From NCBI GenBank assembly GCA_035414245.1, contig DAONYH010000003.1, positions 17,630-81,629 of the forward strand: DNA of 64,000 nt, read 5' to 3'. Both the position numbers and the translations under genes were made by a program. This stretch comes from a bacterium (GTDB lineage: Bacteria; Patescibacteriota; Patescibacteriia; Patescibacteriales; UBA12465). The notes under the pieces were generated by a model. It had not been told where the DNA came from. It saw only the letters and a list, made by a program, of their open reading frames with translations, and searched no databases. Shown here one piece after another: positions 19,614-31,458 of the stretch. Each line of letters begins with the position of its first letter. Positions within the stretch are counted from its first letter, which is position 1.

Positions 19614-22600
19614 TTATTTTTCATATTCAGCACGTGGTTTCTTGCCTTTATAACCTGTTCCGGCCGGAATTAGACAACCAATGATAACATTTTCCTTCAA
19701 ACCTTCAAGATAATCAATTTTGCCACTCACCGCGGCATCAATTAAGACCCGTGAAGTTTCTTGGAATGAGGCAGCTGATAAAAAGCTATCGGTTGTTAAA
19801 GAAGCTTTGGTAATACCTAAAAGCAAACGATCACCCTTAGATGCATTCTTCACATTTTTATTAGCTTGGTGAAAAACTTCATCTTCCACTGTTTCACCAG
19901 GTAATAAATTAGTGTCTCCGGCTTCGGTAATGAAATAACGGGAAAACATTTGGCGCGCAATAATTTCCACATGTTTATCATTCAAAGGTTGCCCTTGCGA
20001 AGAATAAACGTATTGGATTTCCTTAATGATATACTTCTGAGTTTCCAGTCGTCCTTTTAATTTATAAAGTTCACGCAAATCTAAGCTACCTTCAGTAAGT
20101 TGCGTACCGCGTTCAACAGTATCGCCATCATTAACTAGCAACATAGTACCTTTCAAAATGGAAAATTCTTTACTCTTATCAACTTCTTTAGTAATACTAA
20201 CATATTTTTCCGTTACTTTTACTTTGCCGGCATCTTTCGCTTTAACTGGATCACCATTAACCTGAAACAAATCAGTATTTTTAGCCACTTTATCGCCATC
20301 CTTCACTAAAACTTTAACTTCTAAATTCTTTTTATCTTTAGCAGTTAGCCCGCTTGCTAATTTAACTTCATTAATCTTTTCCGAAAAATAATATTTATCA
20401 CTTTCTTCGCCCCGATAATGAATGCTTAAAATTTTAGACTGAGGATTATCAACTAAGATTTCCTTGCCATCTTCATCACGAATAATTTTTTGTGCGAATT
20501 GAACTTTGACTTTTCCGGCGACATTAGAAATTAAAGCTTTTTTCTTAGGACTGCGTGCTTCAAAAATTTCTTCCACTCTGGGCAAACCTTGGGTAATATC
20601 ATCTTGACCGGCTACACCACCACCATGGAAAGTTCTCATCGTTAACTGCGTACCCGGTTCACCAATTGATTGAGCGGCAATAACACCAACAGTCGCACCA
20701 ATTTTAACCGGTTGATTATAAGCCAAGTCCCAACCATAACATTTAACACAAACTCCTTTATGAATTTTACAACTTAGAATTGAACGAATGCAGACCTGAT
20801 CAACTTGAGCAGCCTTTAAACTAACAATTGCGTCTTCATTAATAATTTCACCTGCCTTAAGAATGGTTTTTTTATCTTTATCTTTTACATCTTTAGCCAA
20901 GTAGCGACCAATTATTTTTTTGAAGAAATCCTCGCCACTTTGTTCGGCTTCTTGACGAGAAATAACAACACCCTCCTTATCACCGCAATCCTCACTGGAA
21001 ACAATCACATCTTGTGAGACATCAACTAAACGACGCGTTAAATAACCGGCGTTTGCCGTTCTAAGAGCGGTATCGGATAAACCTTTACGCACACCATGAG
21101 TGGAAATAAAATATTCCAGCACACCAAAACCTTTTTTGAAATTTCCCTTAACCGGTAATTCCAAAATTGCTCCCGATGGTGAAGTTACTAAGCCTTTCAT
21201 ACCTAAAATTTGTACTGGCTGTGCCCAAGAACCACGCGCTCCTGAATCAATCATGGAGAAAACCGGTAAAATATCAGTCAAACCCTTCTTACAAACACTG
21301 GCAATTTTATCTTTAGTATTATTCCATTCTTCTACTACTTTAGAATAGCGCTCGCTTTCAGTTAATAAACCATCTTCATATTGTTCTTTTATAACATCAA
21401 TTTTTTTATTGGCTTCCTCAATTAAACGATCTTTCTCCGGTAAATCCGGCAAATCACCAAAGCCCCAGGATAAACCTGATTTGGTAATGAAAGCAAAACT
21501 GCGGTTCTTCAAGTCATCAATAAATTTAACTGTTTCCTCTTCATTATAAAGATGTAAACAATCGCGAATTAAATCTTTTAACTTGCCTTTACCTACAACT
21601 TCATTAATGAAACGTAATTTAGGTGGTAAAATTGAATTAAAAATCAAACGACCAACCGTAGTTTTTAACATTTCACCTTCATGCTTAACAAAGATTGGCT
21701 CATGTAAACCAATAAAATTACCATCATAAGCTAAATAAGCTTCGTCTTCATGATAGAAATGTTTAATGTCTTCTTTTTTTCTGGTTTCAAAATCTTTATC
21801 AACTAAAGTTATATAATATGTTCCCCAAACAATATCTTGGGCAGGCGCAATAATCGGATCACCCGTGGCCGGCTTAAGAAGATTATGAGTAGAGAGCATT
21901 AAATTTTCCGCTTCAGCTCTGGCTTCTTTTGTTAAAGGAACATGAACGGCCATTTGGTCGCCATCAAAGTCTGCATTAAAAGCTGTACAAACAAGCGGAT
22001 GAATTTGGATCGCCTTTCCTTCAATCAAAACCGGACGAAAAGCTTGAATGCCTAAACGATGCAAGGTCGGAGCGCGATTTAACAAAACATAGGCGCCTAA
22101 AATAATCTCTTCCAAAATATCCCAAACTTCATCATGGCCTGCTTCAATATAACGAGAAGCGGAACGAACATTATGAACTATTTCCCTTTTGATTAATTGC
22201 GCAATAATGAATGGTTTGAACAATTCTAAAGCCATGATTTTCGGCAAACCACATTGATCAAGATTTAATTTAGGATTAACCACAATAACGGAACGACCGG
22301 AATAATCAACACGCTTACCTAATAAGTTCTGACGAAAACGACCTTGTTTACCTTTCAAAGTATCAGCCAAAGATTTAAGTTGTCTTTTTTGACCGGTAGA
22401 AGCGGTCACGGTTTTAGTATGACGAGCAGAATTATCAATTAAAGCATCAACTGCTTCTTGAAGCATTCTTTTTTCATTGCGACAAATAACTTCCGGCGCG
22501 TTTAAATCAATTAATTGTTTTAAACGATTATTACGATTGATAACGCGACGATATAAATCATTCAAATCAGAAGCGGCAAATCGTCCTCCATCAAGCGCCA

Positions 22601-23531
22601 CCATCGGTCTTAAATCTGGTGGTACAACCGGCAAAACACTAAGAATCATCCATTCCGGTCTTAAATTATTATTTTTAAAACTTTTTAAAAGTCTAAGTCT
22701 TTTAATAATTTTCTCTTTTTTTGATTCAACTGCATCTTTTAGTTTTTCTTCAAGGTTAGCAATACTTTTTTCTAAATCAATTTTACTCAAAAGTTGACGA
22801 ATTGCATCAGCGCCAATCGCCGCTTCAAAAAGATGACCGAATTTTAGACTTAAATCTTGATATTGTTGTTCAGATAAAATAAGCAGTGGTTTTAAGTCTT
22901 TCAATTCCTTCTGTGTCTGAGCATAGTCTTCATCTAAGCGCGCTATTTTATCTTCTTTTATTTTTAAAGCTTCTTTTAAATCAATTTCTTCTTTTTCTTC
23001 CTTGGCTTTTTTAACTTGATTATTATATTCGTTTTCAATGCTTTTTAATTTACTTTTGTATTCCGCCTTAATTTGATTGATGGCTGCGTTTTTCAAATTT
23101 TCGTCTACATCAATCACAATAAAGCTGGCGTAATATATAACTTTTTCCAAAGATTGAATCCCTAAATTCAAAAGTAAACCAATCTTAGATGATAAACCTC
23201 TTAGAAACCAAATGTGTGAAGCCGGAACCTGAAGATTAATATGACCAAAGCGTTCGCGTCTGACAATACTTCTGGTAACTTCAACGCCGCATTTATCACA
23301 AACAATTCCTTTGTATCTGATTTTTTTATATTTACCGCAAGCGCATTCCCAGTCTTTGGTAGGACCAAAAATCTTTTCACAAAACAAACCATCCTTTTCT
23401 GGTTTTTGTGTGCGATAATTAATTGTTTCCGGACGCAAAACTTCACCGTTTGACCAAGACAAAATTTCCTCCGGACTGGCAAGCTTTAGGCGAACAGCGG
23501 AAAAATCGCTGGTTTTAATTGGGTTTAACAT
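19614..23531 (-). CDS. rpoC: DNA-directed RNA polymerase beta' subunit
   Basis: CEKIFGP/zinc finger, [15 protein letters not shown] catalytic motif, [24 protein letters not shown]. Confidence 0.99.
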   Translation of the reverse strand: MLNPIKTSDFSAVRLKLASPEEILSWSNGEVLRPETINYRTQKPEKDGLFCEKIFGPTKDWECACGKYKKIRYKGIVCDKCGVEVTRSIVRRERFGHINLQVPASHIWFLRGLSSKIGLLLNLGIQSLEKVIYYASFIVIDVDENLKNAAINQIKAEYKSKLKSIENEYNNQVKKAKEEKEEIDLKEALKIKEDKIARLDEDYAQTQKELKDLKPLLILSEQQYQDLSLKFGHLFEAAIGADAIRQLLSKIDLEKSIANLEEKLKDAVESKKEKIIKRLRLLKSFKNNNLRPEWMILSVLPVVPPDLRPMVALDGGRFAASDLNDLYRRVINRNNRLKQLIDLNAPEVICRNEKRMLQEAVDALIDNSARHTKTVTASTGQKRQLKSLADTLKGKQGRFRQNLLGKRVDYSGRSVIVVNPKLNLDQCGLPKIMALELFKPFIIAQLIKREIVHNVRSASRYIEAGHDEVWDILEEIILGAYVLLNRAPTLHRLGIQAFRPVLIEGKAIQIHPLVCTAFNADFDGDQMAVHVPLTKEARAEAENLMLSTHNLLKPATGDPIIAPAQDIVWGTYYITLVDKDFETRKKEDIKHFYHEDEAYLAYDGNFIGLHEPIFVKHEGEMLKTTVGRLIFNSILPPKLRFINEVVGKGKLKDLIRDCLHLYNEEETVKFIDDLKNRSFAFITKSGLSWGFGDLPDLPEKDRLIEEANKKIDVIKEQYEDGLLTESERYSKVVEEWNNTKDKIASVCKKGLTDILPVFSMIDSGARGSWAQPVQILGMKGLVTSPSGAILELPVKGNFKKGFGVLEYFISTHGVRKGLSDTALRTANAGYLTRRLVDVSQDVIVSSEDCGDKEGVVISRQEAEQSGEDFFKKIIGRYLAKDVKDKDKKTILKAGEIINEDAIVSLKAAQVDQVCIRSILSCKIHKGVCVKCYGWDLAYNQPVKIGATVGVIAAQSIGEPGTQLTMRTFHGGGVAGQDDITQGLPRVEEIFEARSPKKKALISNVAGKVKVQFAQKIIRDEDGKEILVDNPQSKILSIHYRGEESDKYYFSEKINEVKLASGLTAKDKKNLEVKVLVKDGDKVAKNTDLFQVNGDPVKAKDAGKVKVTEKYVSITKEVDKSKEFSILKGTMLLVNDGDTVERGTQLTEGSLDLRELYKLKGRLETQKYIIKEIQYVYSSQGQPLNDKHVEIIARQMFSRYFITEAGDTNLLPGETVEDEVFHQANKNVKNASKGDRLLLGITKASLTTDSFLSAASFQETSRVLIDAAVSGKIDYLEGLKENVIIGCLIPAGTGYKGKKPRAEYEK

Positions 23532-23600
23532 AAATATGTAAATGATTATTTAATAATGGAATAAAAATGGAATTTTTATTCAAAGCTTCAAAAGCCGAAT

Positions 23601-26600
23601 TTATTCTTGATCCGTAACTTCATTTTCATTTAAAGTAGCAATAATCTCCGGCTTATCATAATCTAATTTATTTTCTTCGGTTATTTCTTCATCTAAATCA
23701 GTTAAAACTTCCGAAGACGGCGCATCATCAGGACCGCCTAATAATTCAACATTCAAACTCAAACCTTTTAACTCTCTAATTAAAACATTGAAGGATTCAG
23801 GAACATTTAATTTTTCAATTTCTTCACCTTTAATAATTGATTCATAAGCTTTACTGCGACCGGGGATATCATCAGATTTAATCGTTAAAATTTCTTGAAG
23901 CGTATGAGCAGCTCCATAACCTTCCAACGCCCAAACTTCCATTTCTCCAAATCTTTGTCCACCAAACTGCGCTTTACCACCCAAAGGTTGTTGAGTAATC
24001 AAAGAATAAGGGCCAATTGAACGTTGGTGAATCTTATCTTCAACCATGTGGTTGAGTTTCAACATATACTTATAACCAACGGTAATTTTATTATCATAAG
24101 CTTGGCCGGTTTTACCATCATATAAAGTAATTTTTCCATCTTCAGGCAAGCCCGCTTTAATTAATTCTTCCTTGATTTGTTCTTCGGAAATACCGTTTAG
24201 AGCCGGAGACATGGCACGATAACCTAATTTTTTAGCGGCAAAACCAAGATGGGTTTCTAAAAGCTGACCAAGGTTCATACGAGAAATAATGCCGAGCGGA
24301 GAAAGAATAATATCAACCGGTGTTCCATCTTCCATATAAGGCATATCTTCAATCGGCACAATTTTTGAAATAACACCTTTGTTTCCGTGACGACCAGACA
24401 TTTTATCACCAACTTGAATCTTTCTTAGATTAGCAACTGAAACTTGAATGGATTGCAAAACACCAGCTGAAAGTTTATCACCCTCATCACGAGAAAAAAC
24501 TTTTACATCAACCACCTTACCGTGTTCGCCGTGCTCTAAGTATAAAGATGAATCACGAACATCCTTGGCTTTCTCACCAAAAATAGCGCGCAACAATTTT
24601 TCTTCAGCAGATAAAGTTGTTTCTCCTTTCGGAGTAATTTTACCAACCAAAATATCACCACTGGAAACTTCCGCGCCAATACGAATAATACCTTCTTCAT
24701 CTAAATTTTTTAATTTCTCTTCACTGATATTAGGAATATCATTAGTGACAATTTCCGGACCCAATTTTGTATCACGAACATCAATCGTATAATTTTCAAT
24801 ATGAATTGAAGAATAGATATCGTCTTTTACTAAACGTTCGGAAATAATAATCGCGTCTTCATAGTTAAATCCTTCCCAAGTCATGAAAGCGACCAACACA
24901 TTTCTGCCCAAAGACAATTCCCCATTATCAATTGCCGGTCCATCCGACAAAATTTGTCCCTTCTTTACTTTTTCGCCAACTTCCACAATCGGATGTTGAT
25001 TAATACAAGTTGAAGAATTGGAGCGAACAAATTTATTTAAGTTATAAGAAAGGAATTGGCCTTTTTTGGTTTGCATTTCAATCACAGCCGCATCAACTTT
25101 GGTGATAATGCCATCTTCAGCGGCAATAACTAAATGACCACTATCACGCGCCGCTCTTTCTTCAACCCCGGTACCTACAATTGGTGCTTCATTTTTCACT
25201 AAAGGCACAGCCTGACGTTGCATGTTCGTGCCCATTAGTGATCTTTGTCCATCGTTATGTTCCATGAAAGGAATTAAAGAAGTAGCAATAGAAATAATTT
25301 GATTCGCAGCCACCCCAACAAAATCAATATTTTTCACTTCTTCCATGCCCGGCTCGCCATGATAACGAGCTTCATATTTAGAGACTAAAAATCTTCCCTC
25401 TTTGTCAGTGGGAATGGTGGAATCAACAATCACATATTTTTCTTCTTCAAAAGCATCTAAATAAACTATTTCATCAGTTAACTTCGGTCCTTTTTTATCT
25501 TTAATAACACGACGATAAGGAGTTTCTAAAAAGCCGTAACTATTTAAGCGGGCATAGCTTGATAAGTGACCAACTAAACCAATGTTTGGTCCCTCAGGAG
25601 TAGCAATCGGACAAATACGACCATAGTGAGTAGTATGCACATCACGCACATCAAAGCCGGCTCTTTCTCGAGTTAGACCTCCCGGACCCATGGCTGATAA
25701 ACGTCGTTTATGCTCAAGCTCAGCTAGCGGATTAGTTTGATCCATGAACTGTGATAATTGTGAAGACATAAAAAATTCACGCACCACACCAATCACCGGA
25801 CGAGCATTAATGAGTTTAGAAGGAGTTAAAGTCAAAATATCCGAAGTGGACATTCTATCTTTAATAATTCTTTCCATTCTCGCTAAACCAACGCGAAAAC
25901 GATTTTGAATTAAGCCGCCAATCGCGCGGACACGACGATTACCAAGATGATCAATATCATCTTCCGGGTCTTTAGTAATATTTAAACGAATCACTTCTTT
26001 AATAATGAGAACTAAATCTTCTTTGCGTAAAGTGCGGAATTCTTTTTTATTGGTTGGTAAGTCCAAATTAAAACGACGATTTAATTTATAGCGACCAACC
26101 CGACCAAAATCATAACGATCAAAACGGAAAAACATTGATTCAATAAGTTGGCGCGCATTTTCTACTGAAGCTAAATCACCCGGACGAATACGACGATAGA
26201 CTTCTTGTAATCCTTCTGCTGAATCTTTAGCCGCATCTTTTTCAATGGTCGCTTCAATGAAAGTTTTTTCCTCCTTATCATTTTTATCAATCGGTAAATC
26301 AACGTCTTTAAATAATTTAATTAATTCTTCATCGCTGCTATAACCAAAGGCGCGCAGTAAAGAAGTCACAGCCACTTTTCTTTTGCGATCAATTCTTACC
26401 CACAATACTTTATTGGAATCAGTTTCTATTTCCAACCAAGCGCCGCGATTAGGAATAATTTTCGCGCCATAACATTTTTTGCCTTTCACGAATTCAGCGG
26501 TGAACATCACTCCAGCGGAACGAATTAATTGAGAAACTACAACTCGCTCAATACCGTTGATAATAAAAGTCCCCTTATCGGTCATTAAAGGAAAATCGCC

Positions 26601-26918
26601 CAAGAAAACTTCTTGATTAATTGCTTTTTTTGTTTTCTTGTTCAATAATCTCGCCTTAACACGTATAGGGGCCTCGTAGGTAATATTTTTTTCCCGACTT
26701 TCAATTTCGGAAAATTTTGGTTCATCTAAGTAATAATCATCAAAATATAATTCTAAATCACGACCGATAAAATCAACCACTGGGTTTATTTCATCAAAGA
26801 GTTCGGCTAAACCTTCTTTCAAAAACCAAGTGTAGGAATCTTTTTGAATCTCAATTAAATCCGGCATGGGGAGGATGTCATTGATTTCCGAAAATGATTT
26901 GCGCTTAAACTTAGACAT
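23601..26918 (-). CDS. rpoB: DNA-directed RNA polymerase beta subunit
   Basis: [50 protein letters not shown]; likely start is ATG at 26918 (MSKFKRKSF), not the upstream TTG. Confidence 0.98.
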   Translation of the reverse strand: MSKFKRKSFSEINDILPMPDLIEIQKDSYTWFLKEGLAELFDEINPVVDFIGRDLELYFDDYYLDEPKFSEIESREKNITYEAPIRVKARLLNKKTKKAINQEVFLGDFPLMTDKGTFIINGIERVVVSQLIRSAGVMFTAEFVKGKKCYGAKIIPNRGAWLEIETDSNKVLWVRIDRKRKVAVTSLLRAFGYSSDEELIKLFKDVDLPIDKNDKEEKTFIEATIEKDAAKDSAEGLQEVYRRIRPGDLASVENARQLIESMFFRFDRYDFGRVGRYKLNRRFNLDLPTNKKEFRTLRKEDLVLIIKEVIRLNITKDPEDDIDHLGNRRVRAIGGLIQNRFRVGLARMERIIKDRMSTSDILTLTPSKLINARPVIGVVREFFMSSQLSQFMDQTNPLAELEHKRRLSAMGPGGLTRERAGFDVRDVHTTHYGRICPIATPEGPNIGLVGHLSSYARLNSYGFLETPYRRVIKDKKGPKLTDEIVYLDAFEEEKYVIVDSTIPTDKEGRFLVSKYEARYHGEPGMEEVKNIDFVGVAANQIISIATSLIPFMEHNDGQRSLMGTNMQRQAVPLVKNEAPIVGTGVEERAARDSGHLVIAAEDGIITKVDAAVIEMQTKKGQFLSYNLNKFVRSNSSTCINQHPIVEVGEKVKKGQILSDGPAIDNGELSLGRNVLVAFMTWEGFNYEDAIIISERLVKDDIYSSIHIENYTIDVRDTKLGPEIVTNDIPNISEEKLKNLDEEGIIRIGAEVSSGDILVGKITPKGETTLSAEEKLLRAIFGEKAKDVRDSSLYLEHGEHGKVVDVKVFSRDEGDKLSAGVLQSIQVSVANLRKIQVGDKMSGRHGNKGVISKIVPIEDMPYMEDGTPVDIILSPLGIISRMNLGQLLETHLGFAAKKLGYRAMSPALNGISEEQIKEELIKAGLPEDGKITLYDGKTGQAYDNKITVGYKYMLKLNHMVEDKIHQRSIGPYSLITQQPLGGKAQFGGQRFGEMEVWALEGYGAAHTLQEILTIKSDDIPGRSKAYESIIKGEEIEKLNVPESFNVLIRELKGLSLNVELLGGPDDAPSSEVLTDLDEEITEENKLDYDKPEIIATLNENEVTDQE

Positions 26919-27139
26919 AAATATATAGTAATTTTTTAAAAATATATGAAGGAGAAACAAGGAAAAACTAAAAATGATAAAAAAATGAACAAAAATTTAG
27001 CCAACTTTAAAATAAAAAATTTTAGTAGGATTTAAATAAAAAAACCCCCACCCCAAATAGGCTTGAGTTTTTTAAAATATTTAATTTATTCCTTGTTTAT
27101 ATATCACTTTTTTTATTTAAAAAAGTGTAAGCTGGTATT

Positions 27140-27168
27140 ATAATATTATAATCTTATCTATTTGTCAA
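27140..27168 (-). promoter_or_regulatory. Sigma70-type promoter for rpoBC overlapping the 3' end of murE
   Basis: Minus strand TTGACA (27168-27163), 17-nt spacer, TATTAT (27145-27140). Confidence 0.6.
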
Positions 27169-28597
27169 TACACATTTTGTCCACAATTGCCCGTCTTAGC
27201 TCTTCTCTGTCATCCCAGGGCATTTTTTGCCCTCTGGCTAAACAAATATATTGTTCAGCGCCCTTGCCGGTTAAAAGCACTAAATCATCTTCTTGGGCTA
27301 ATTCTAGAGCTTTTTTAATGGCTTCACGACGATCTAAAATTTTAAATAAATTCTTATCTTTAATTTTCCCAGCCATTTCAGCGCCGGCTGCGACTTGATT
27401 GATAATTTGAGCCGGTTCCTCGTCATAGGGGTCTTCATTGGTAATAATTACGATTTGCGCTCTTTCCGCTGCTAAGCGACCTAAAATTGGACGTCGCGAC
27501 TTATCACGACCACCACCCGTTGAGCCTAAAATATGGATTAAACGACGATACGGAATAGCTTTAATAGTCTCATATAATTTTTCCAACGCTTTTGGTTCAA
27601 AGGAATAATCAACCATAGCAATAAAATTTTGTCCTTCCTTAATTAACTCCATCTTCCCTGCTAAAGATGTTACACTCTCTAAACCTAATTTAATTGTTTC
27701 TTTATTTAAACCATGACTTAAAGCAACACAGTAAGCAGCAAGGGCATTTAAAGCATTAAAATTCCCCAGCAACTGCAAATTAAAATTTTCCGAACCAATG
27801 GCAAATTTTACTCCTGACAAATCTCCTTCCTCTTCATTTTTAAATTCCGCTTTAACTAAAAACATCTCTTTAACTAAAGATTCACTGGATAAATTTTTCG
27901 TTACTTTCTCTAATTCAAGTTCTGGATTAAAAGAATAAATAATTTTTACTTCACTCCAAAAATTTAAAAAATAATCAGCCTGTTCATCATCACCGTTAAC
28001 AATAATAGTTTTTTTAACTCGTTCCCGTTCTAATTTTTTTAAACCATTCTTAACCGCACAAACTTTTTTATTCTCATCAATGTATTTATTTTTAAAATGT
28101 TTTAAATGAGCGAATAACTTTCCTTTCGCTTCTTTATATTTTTCAAAACTACCATGTGCTTCAATATGCTCCGGATAAAGGCCGGTAAAAACCAGGGTGT
28201 CATAATTTATAAATCGATGGCGAAACTGTTTAATGCCTTCCGAAGTTGTTTCCACGATTGCATAACAACAACCGTTCTTTACCATCTGTTTTAATATTTT
28301 TTGAATAAAAAACCGACCCGGCATGGTCATTTTTTTGTCATTCAACCATTCTTTATTGCCATCAGAAAAAATCGCGGTAGAAGTTAAACCGGTTTTATAA
28401 CCAGCCTGCTCAAATACTTTTTTTATTAAATAAGCAGTGGAAGTTTTCCCCGCTGTACCGGTCACACCTACGACAATTAATTTACGACTGGGAAAAAAAT
28501 AAATCACAGCCGCTAAAAAACTTAACAGAAAATGATAAGTCGGTTGAAGCGCTTTAAATATTTTTTTAGGAATTAATTTTTTTATTTTTTCTGTCAT
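27158..28597 (-). CDS. murE: UDP-N-acetylmuramoyl-dipeptide:diamino acid ligase MurE
   Basis: GVTGTAGKTST, ETTSEG, PEHIEAHGSFEKY, GGGRDKSRRP, DRREAI, LTGKGAE. Confidence 0.9.
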   Translation of the reverse strand: MTEKIKKLIPKKIFKALQPTYHFLLSFLAAVIYFFPSRKLIVVGVTGTAGKTSTAYLIKKVFEQAGYKTGLTSTAIFSDGNKEWLNDKKMTMPGRFFIQKILKQMVKNGCCYAIVETTSEGIKQFRHRFINYDTLVFTGLYPEHIEAHGSFEKYKEAKGKLFAHLKHFKNKYIDENKKVCAVKNGLKKLERERVKKTIIVNGDDEQADYFLNFWSEVKIIYSFNPELELEKVTKNLSSESLVKEMFLVKAEFKNEEEGDLSGVKFAIGSENFNLQLLGNFNALNALAAYCVALSHGLNKETIKLGLESVTSLAGKMELIKEGQNFIAMVDYSFEPKALEKLYETIKAIPYRRLIHILGSTGGGRDKSRRPILGRLAAERAQIVIITNEDPYDEEPAQIINQVAAGAEMAGKIKDKNLFKILDRREAIKKALELAQEDDLVLLTGKGAEQYICLARGQKMPWDDREELRRAIVDKMCIDK

Positions 28598-28662
28598 AAA
28601 ATAGCAATAATCACCTTAACAAAACAATCTGTATTAACAAATAACATTATCAATCGCACTAA

Positions 28663-28692
28663 TATTTATTATTTAGATATTTATTATTTAGA
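28663..28692. repeat. Exact 15-bp tandem duplication spanning the ftsK stop codon
   Basis: TATTTATTATTTAGA at 28663-28677 and 28678-28692. Confidence 0.85.
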
Positions 28693-31302
28693 GAAAAACA
28701 TTTCATCGTCATCATCAAGAGGAGTGCTTTTTTTCTTAACAGCAGCATCTTCTTTTTTCTCTCTTATTTCCTCTAAAATTTCATTTTCATCATCAATTAT
28801 TTCCTCCTGTTCTTCTTCGCTTAATTCTAAAGCGGAAGCAATTTCAGAATTATCTTCTTCCTCTTCTTCAACATCTTCTTGTTCTTCTTCAACATCTTCT
28901 TGTTCTTCTTCGTCAGATGAAGAATCATCGTCTTCTAACTCTTCTGATGAATTTTCGTCTCGACTAAAATCTAAAACTTCGTCCTCCTCTTCTTCATCTT
29001 CTTCGTTTTCATCCTCGCCTAAATAAGAACTGGGCGCCACTGATTTGGCACGATCATGAAGCGGAAAGGAACTAAGCGAAGCTTTCCCGGCTTCGTATTG
29101 TTCTTCACTAATCATAACTTCACGCGGTTTTGAGCCATTGGGTGGTCCAACAATGCCGGCTTCCTCCAACATATCTAAAATTTTCGCGGCTCGTCCATAA
29201 CCAATTGACAAACGACGTTGTAACATTGAAGTTGAGGCTTTATTGGCTTTAATAATAATTTCTTTTGCCTCTTCAAATAATTCATCTTCATCGCCATAAT
29301 TACCATCCAAACCAACTCCGGCCACACCTCCGACCTTTTGTCTGTCAGTGATGCCTTCTAAATATTCTGCTTCACCACTCTTCTCTTTAATATAATTAAC
29401 CACATCATTAATTTCATTATCACTCAAATAAGCGCCTTGAATTCTTTTTGGCTTAGCCAATTCGGCCGTGGAAAAAAGCATGTCTCCTTGACCAAGTAAT
29501 TTCTCAGCGCCCGAAGAATCTAAAATTGTTTTTGAATCAACCAGCGAAGCAACAGAGAAAGCGATGCGTGTCGGAATGTTGGCTTTGATTAAACCAGTGA
29601 TAACATCCACACTAGGACGTTGTGTAGCTAAAATTAAATGGATACCAATAGCGCGCGACATTTGCGCTAATCTAATAATAGCTGCTTCCATTTCTTTACC
29701 GGCCGTCATCATAAAGTCAGCTAACTCATCAATAATATAGACAATGAAAGGTAATTTTTCGGTGGCGGTTTGATTATAGGCTTGAATATTTTTCTTGCCC
29801 GACTTATTTAACAAATCATATCGTCTATCCATTTCATTCAAACACCATTTCAAAGAATTAATTGTTTTAGAAACTTCTGTTATTACTGGAGTGAGTAAAT
29901 GTGGAATGCCATTATAGGTTGGCAGTTCCACTCTTTTAGGATCAACCATAATAAATCTAAGGGCATCAGGATTATTTTGATAAAGCAAGCTAACAATAAT
30001 GGCGTTCAAACAAACTGATTTACCAGAATTAGTAGCACCAGCGACTAAAAGATGAGGCATTTTAGTTAAATCATATAACCAAGCCTGACCAGCGACATCT
30101 TTTCCTAAGGCAATGAACATATTATTCTTGCGTGTTTTGAAGGCTTCATCTTCTAAAACTTCTCTTAAACCAACAATCGCCTTGGCTCGATTAGGCACTT
30201 CCACACCCACCAAAGATTTACCCGGAATTGGTGCTTCAATACGAATGGGATGAGCGGCTAGGGCTAAAGATAAATCATTACTTAAAGTAGTAATGCGAGA
30301 TAATTTCACCCCTTCAGCTGGACGAAAAGCATATTGCGTAACAGTTGGTCCAACTTTTGTTTCTCCCATTTCTACTTCAATGCCAAATTTTTCTAAAGTG
30401 TTTTTAATTTTCTGCGCATTAAATTCAATATCTCCACCCACGGCTTTAGAAAATTTATTATTTAAAATTTCAATCGGCAAATCAATTTTTACTGATTGTT
30501 TCGGCCAAGTAATTTTTTCTTGAACCGGTTTTTTATTTTTATATTTAGCGGCTAAGGGCAAGACTGGCTCTTCTTCCTCCTCTTCTTCCTCTTCCTCATC
30601 TTCTGCTTCTTCATCCATATCTCTTTCTCGCCAAGCACTTAAAACTTCTTCGCGGGCAGAAGCAATCAAGCTAGCTCGCTCATCTTCTGTTTCATCATCA
30701 TCTTGTCTTGCTTTTGATCGCGAAAATAATTCTTTGAAAAATAAAGCAAATGGTTTAAAAAATTTGGCCAGAAAACTTTCTCGACCAATAATTTTTTCTA
30801 AAGAAGTATTAAAAAATAAAACGAGCGCAATCAACAACAAAGCGATCAAGACAATCACACCGCCCCAAAAACCAAACACACTAAAAAATAAACGACTTAA
30901 ATAATAACCTAAATAACCGCCACCGACGCCAGCCTGAGCACTGTCTAACCATTTTTCCGGAGCGAGAAAAAAATGAAACAAAGTTTGATAAGAAATAAAT
31001 AGAATCCCTAAACCTAAGTAATCAGTAAATTTCAGAGGGGGACGTTGACGTCTGATAACAATTAAAGCCCAATAAAAGAAGACTAGCGGAATTAACCATT
31101 TACCATAACCAAAAGCCAAAGCTAGCCATTTGGTCAAAAACTTTCCAAAATTACCAGCCAAATCAAAAAGACCCAGCAAACTTATTAAGCCAAAAACTAA
31201 TAAAAATACAAATATAATACTTTTCTTAGCTCTTTCATCTAGCTCAAAATCTGGCCAAGAAACATAGTCAAAGGGATTTTGGTTTTTCTTTTTTCTGCCC
31301 AT
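28684..31302 (-). CDS. ftsK: DNA translocase FtsK/SpoIIIE with acidic C-terminal tail
   Basis: 4-TM N-terminus, PHLLVAGATNSGKS, IIDELAD, ATQRPSVD, gamma domain ASTSMLQRRLSIGYGRAA. Confidence 0.97.
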   Translation of the reverse strand: MGRKKKNQNPFDYVSWPDFELDERAKKSIIFVFLLVFGLISLLGLFDLAGNFGKFLTKWLALAFGYGKWLIPLVFFYWALIVIRRQRPPLKFTDYLGLGILFISYQTLFHFFLAPEKWLDSAQAGVGGGYLGYYLSRLFFSVFGFWGGVIVLIALLLIALVLFFNTSLEKIIGRESFLAKFFKPFALFFKELFSRSKARQDDDETEDERASLIASAREEVLSAWRERDMDEEAEDEEEEEEEEEEPVLPLAAKYKNKKPVQEKITWPKQSVKIDLPIEILNNKFSKAVGGDIEFNAQKIKNTLEKFGIEVEMGETKVGPTVTQYAFRPAEGVKLSRITTLSNDLSLALAAHPIRIEAPIPGKSLVGVEVPNRAKAIVGLREVLEDEAFKTRKNNMFIALGKDVAGQAWLYDLTKMPHLLVAGATNSGKSVCLNAIIVSLLYQNNPDALRFIMVDPKRVELPTYNGIPHLLTPVITEVSKTINSLKWCLNEMDRRYDLLNKSGKKNIQAYNQTATEKLPFIVYIIDELADFMMTAGKEMEAAIIRLAQMSRAIGIHLILATQRPSVDVITGLIKANIPTRIAFSVASLVDSKTILDSSGAEKLLGQGDMLFSTAELAKPKRIQGAYLSDNEINDVVNYIKEKSGEAEYLEGITDRQKVGGVAGVGLDGNYGDEDELFEEAKEIIIKANKASTSMLQRRLSIGYGRAAKILDMLEEAGIVGPPNGSKPREVMISEEQYEAGKASLSSFPLHDRAKSVAPSSYLGEDENEEDEEEEDEVLDFSRDENSSEELEDDDSSSDEEEQEDVEEEQEDVEEEEEDNSEIASALELSEEEQEEIIDDENEILEEIREKKEDAAVKKKSTPLDDDDEMFFSK

Positions 31303-31380
31303 ATTAGCAAAATTACTAATAATTAAATTAATTCACCTATTTTTTATTATATCACACTTAAAATTATCTTGCTGTAAACT

Positions 31381-31458
31381 ATTTAACCTGCCTTCAATTA
31401 TAAATTAATCTGCCTTAATAAATTAACCTACTCTCAGTTATAAATTAATCTACCTTCA
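31381..31458. repeat. Four degenerate ~20-bp tandem repeats starting at the stop codon of the pyruvyltransferase gene
   Basis: Minus strand units TGAAGGTAGATTAATTTATAAC / TGAGAGTAGGTTAATTTAT / TAAGGCAGATTAATTTATAAT / TGAAGGCAGGTTAAAT. Confidence 0.8.

Noticed and set aside
19614-26918. Inteins or introns in rpoB/rpoC (also checked recA)
   Set aside because: Lengths are normal, the ORFs are continuous, and no intein terminal or LAGLIDADG motifs were seen.
26919-26960. 14-aa N-terminal extension of RpoB from a TTG start
   Set aside because: Low-complexity AT-rich sequence; the ATG at 26918 matches the expected RpoB N-terminus. The TTG extensions of lepA and khpA were dropped for the same reason.
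27177-27185. Replication origin suggested by a DnaA-box-like 9-mer
   Set aside because: A single one-mismatch box inside murE; no box cluster and no dnaA nearby.
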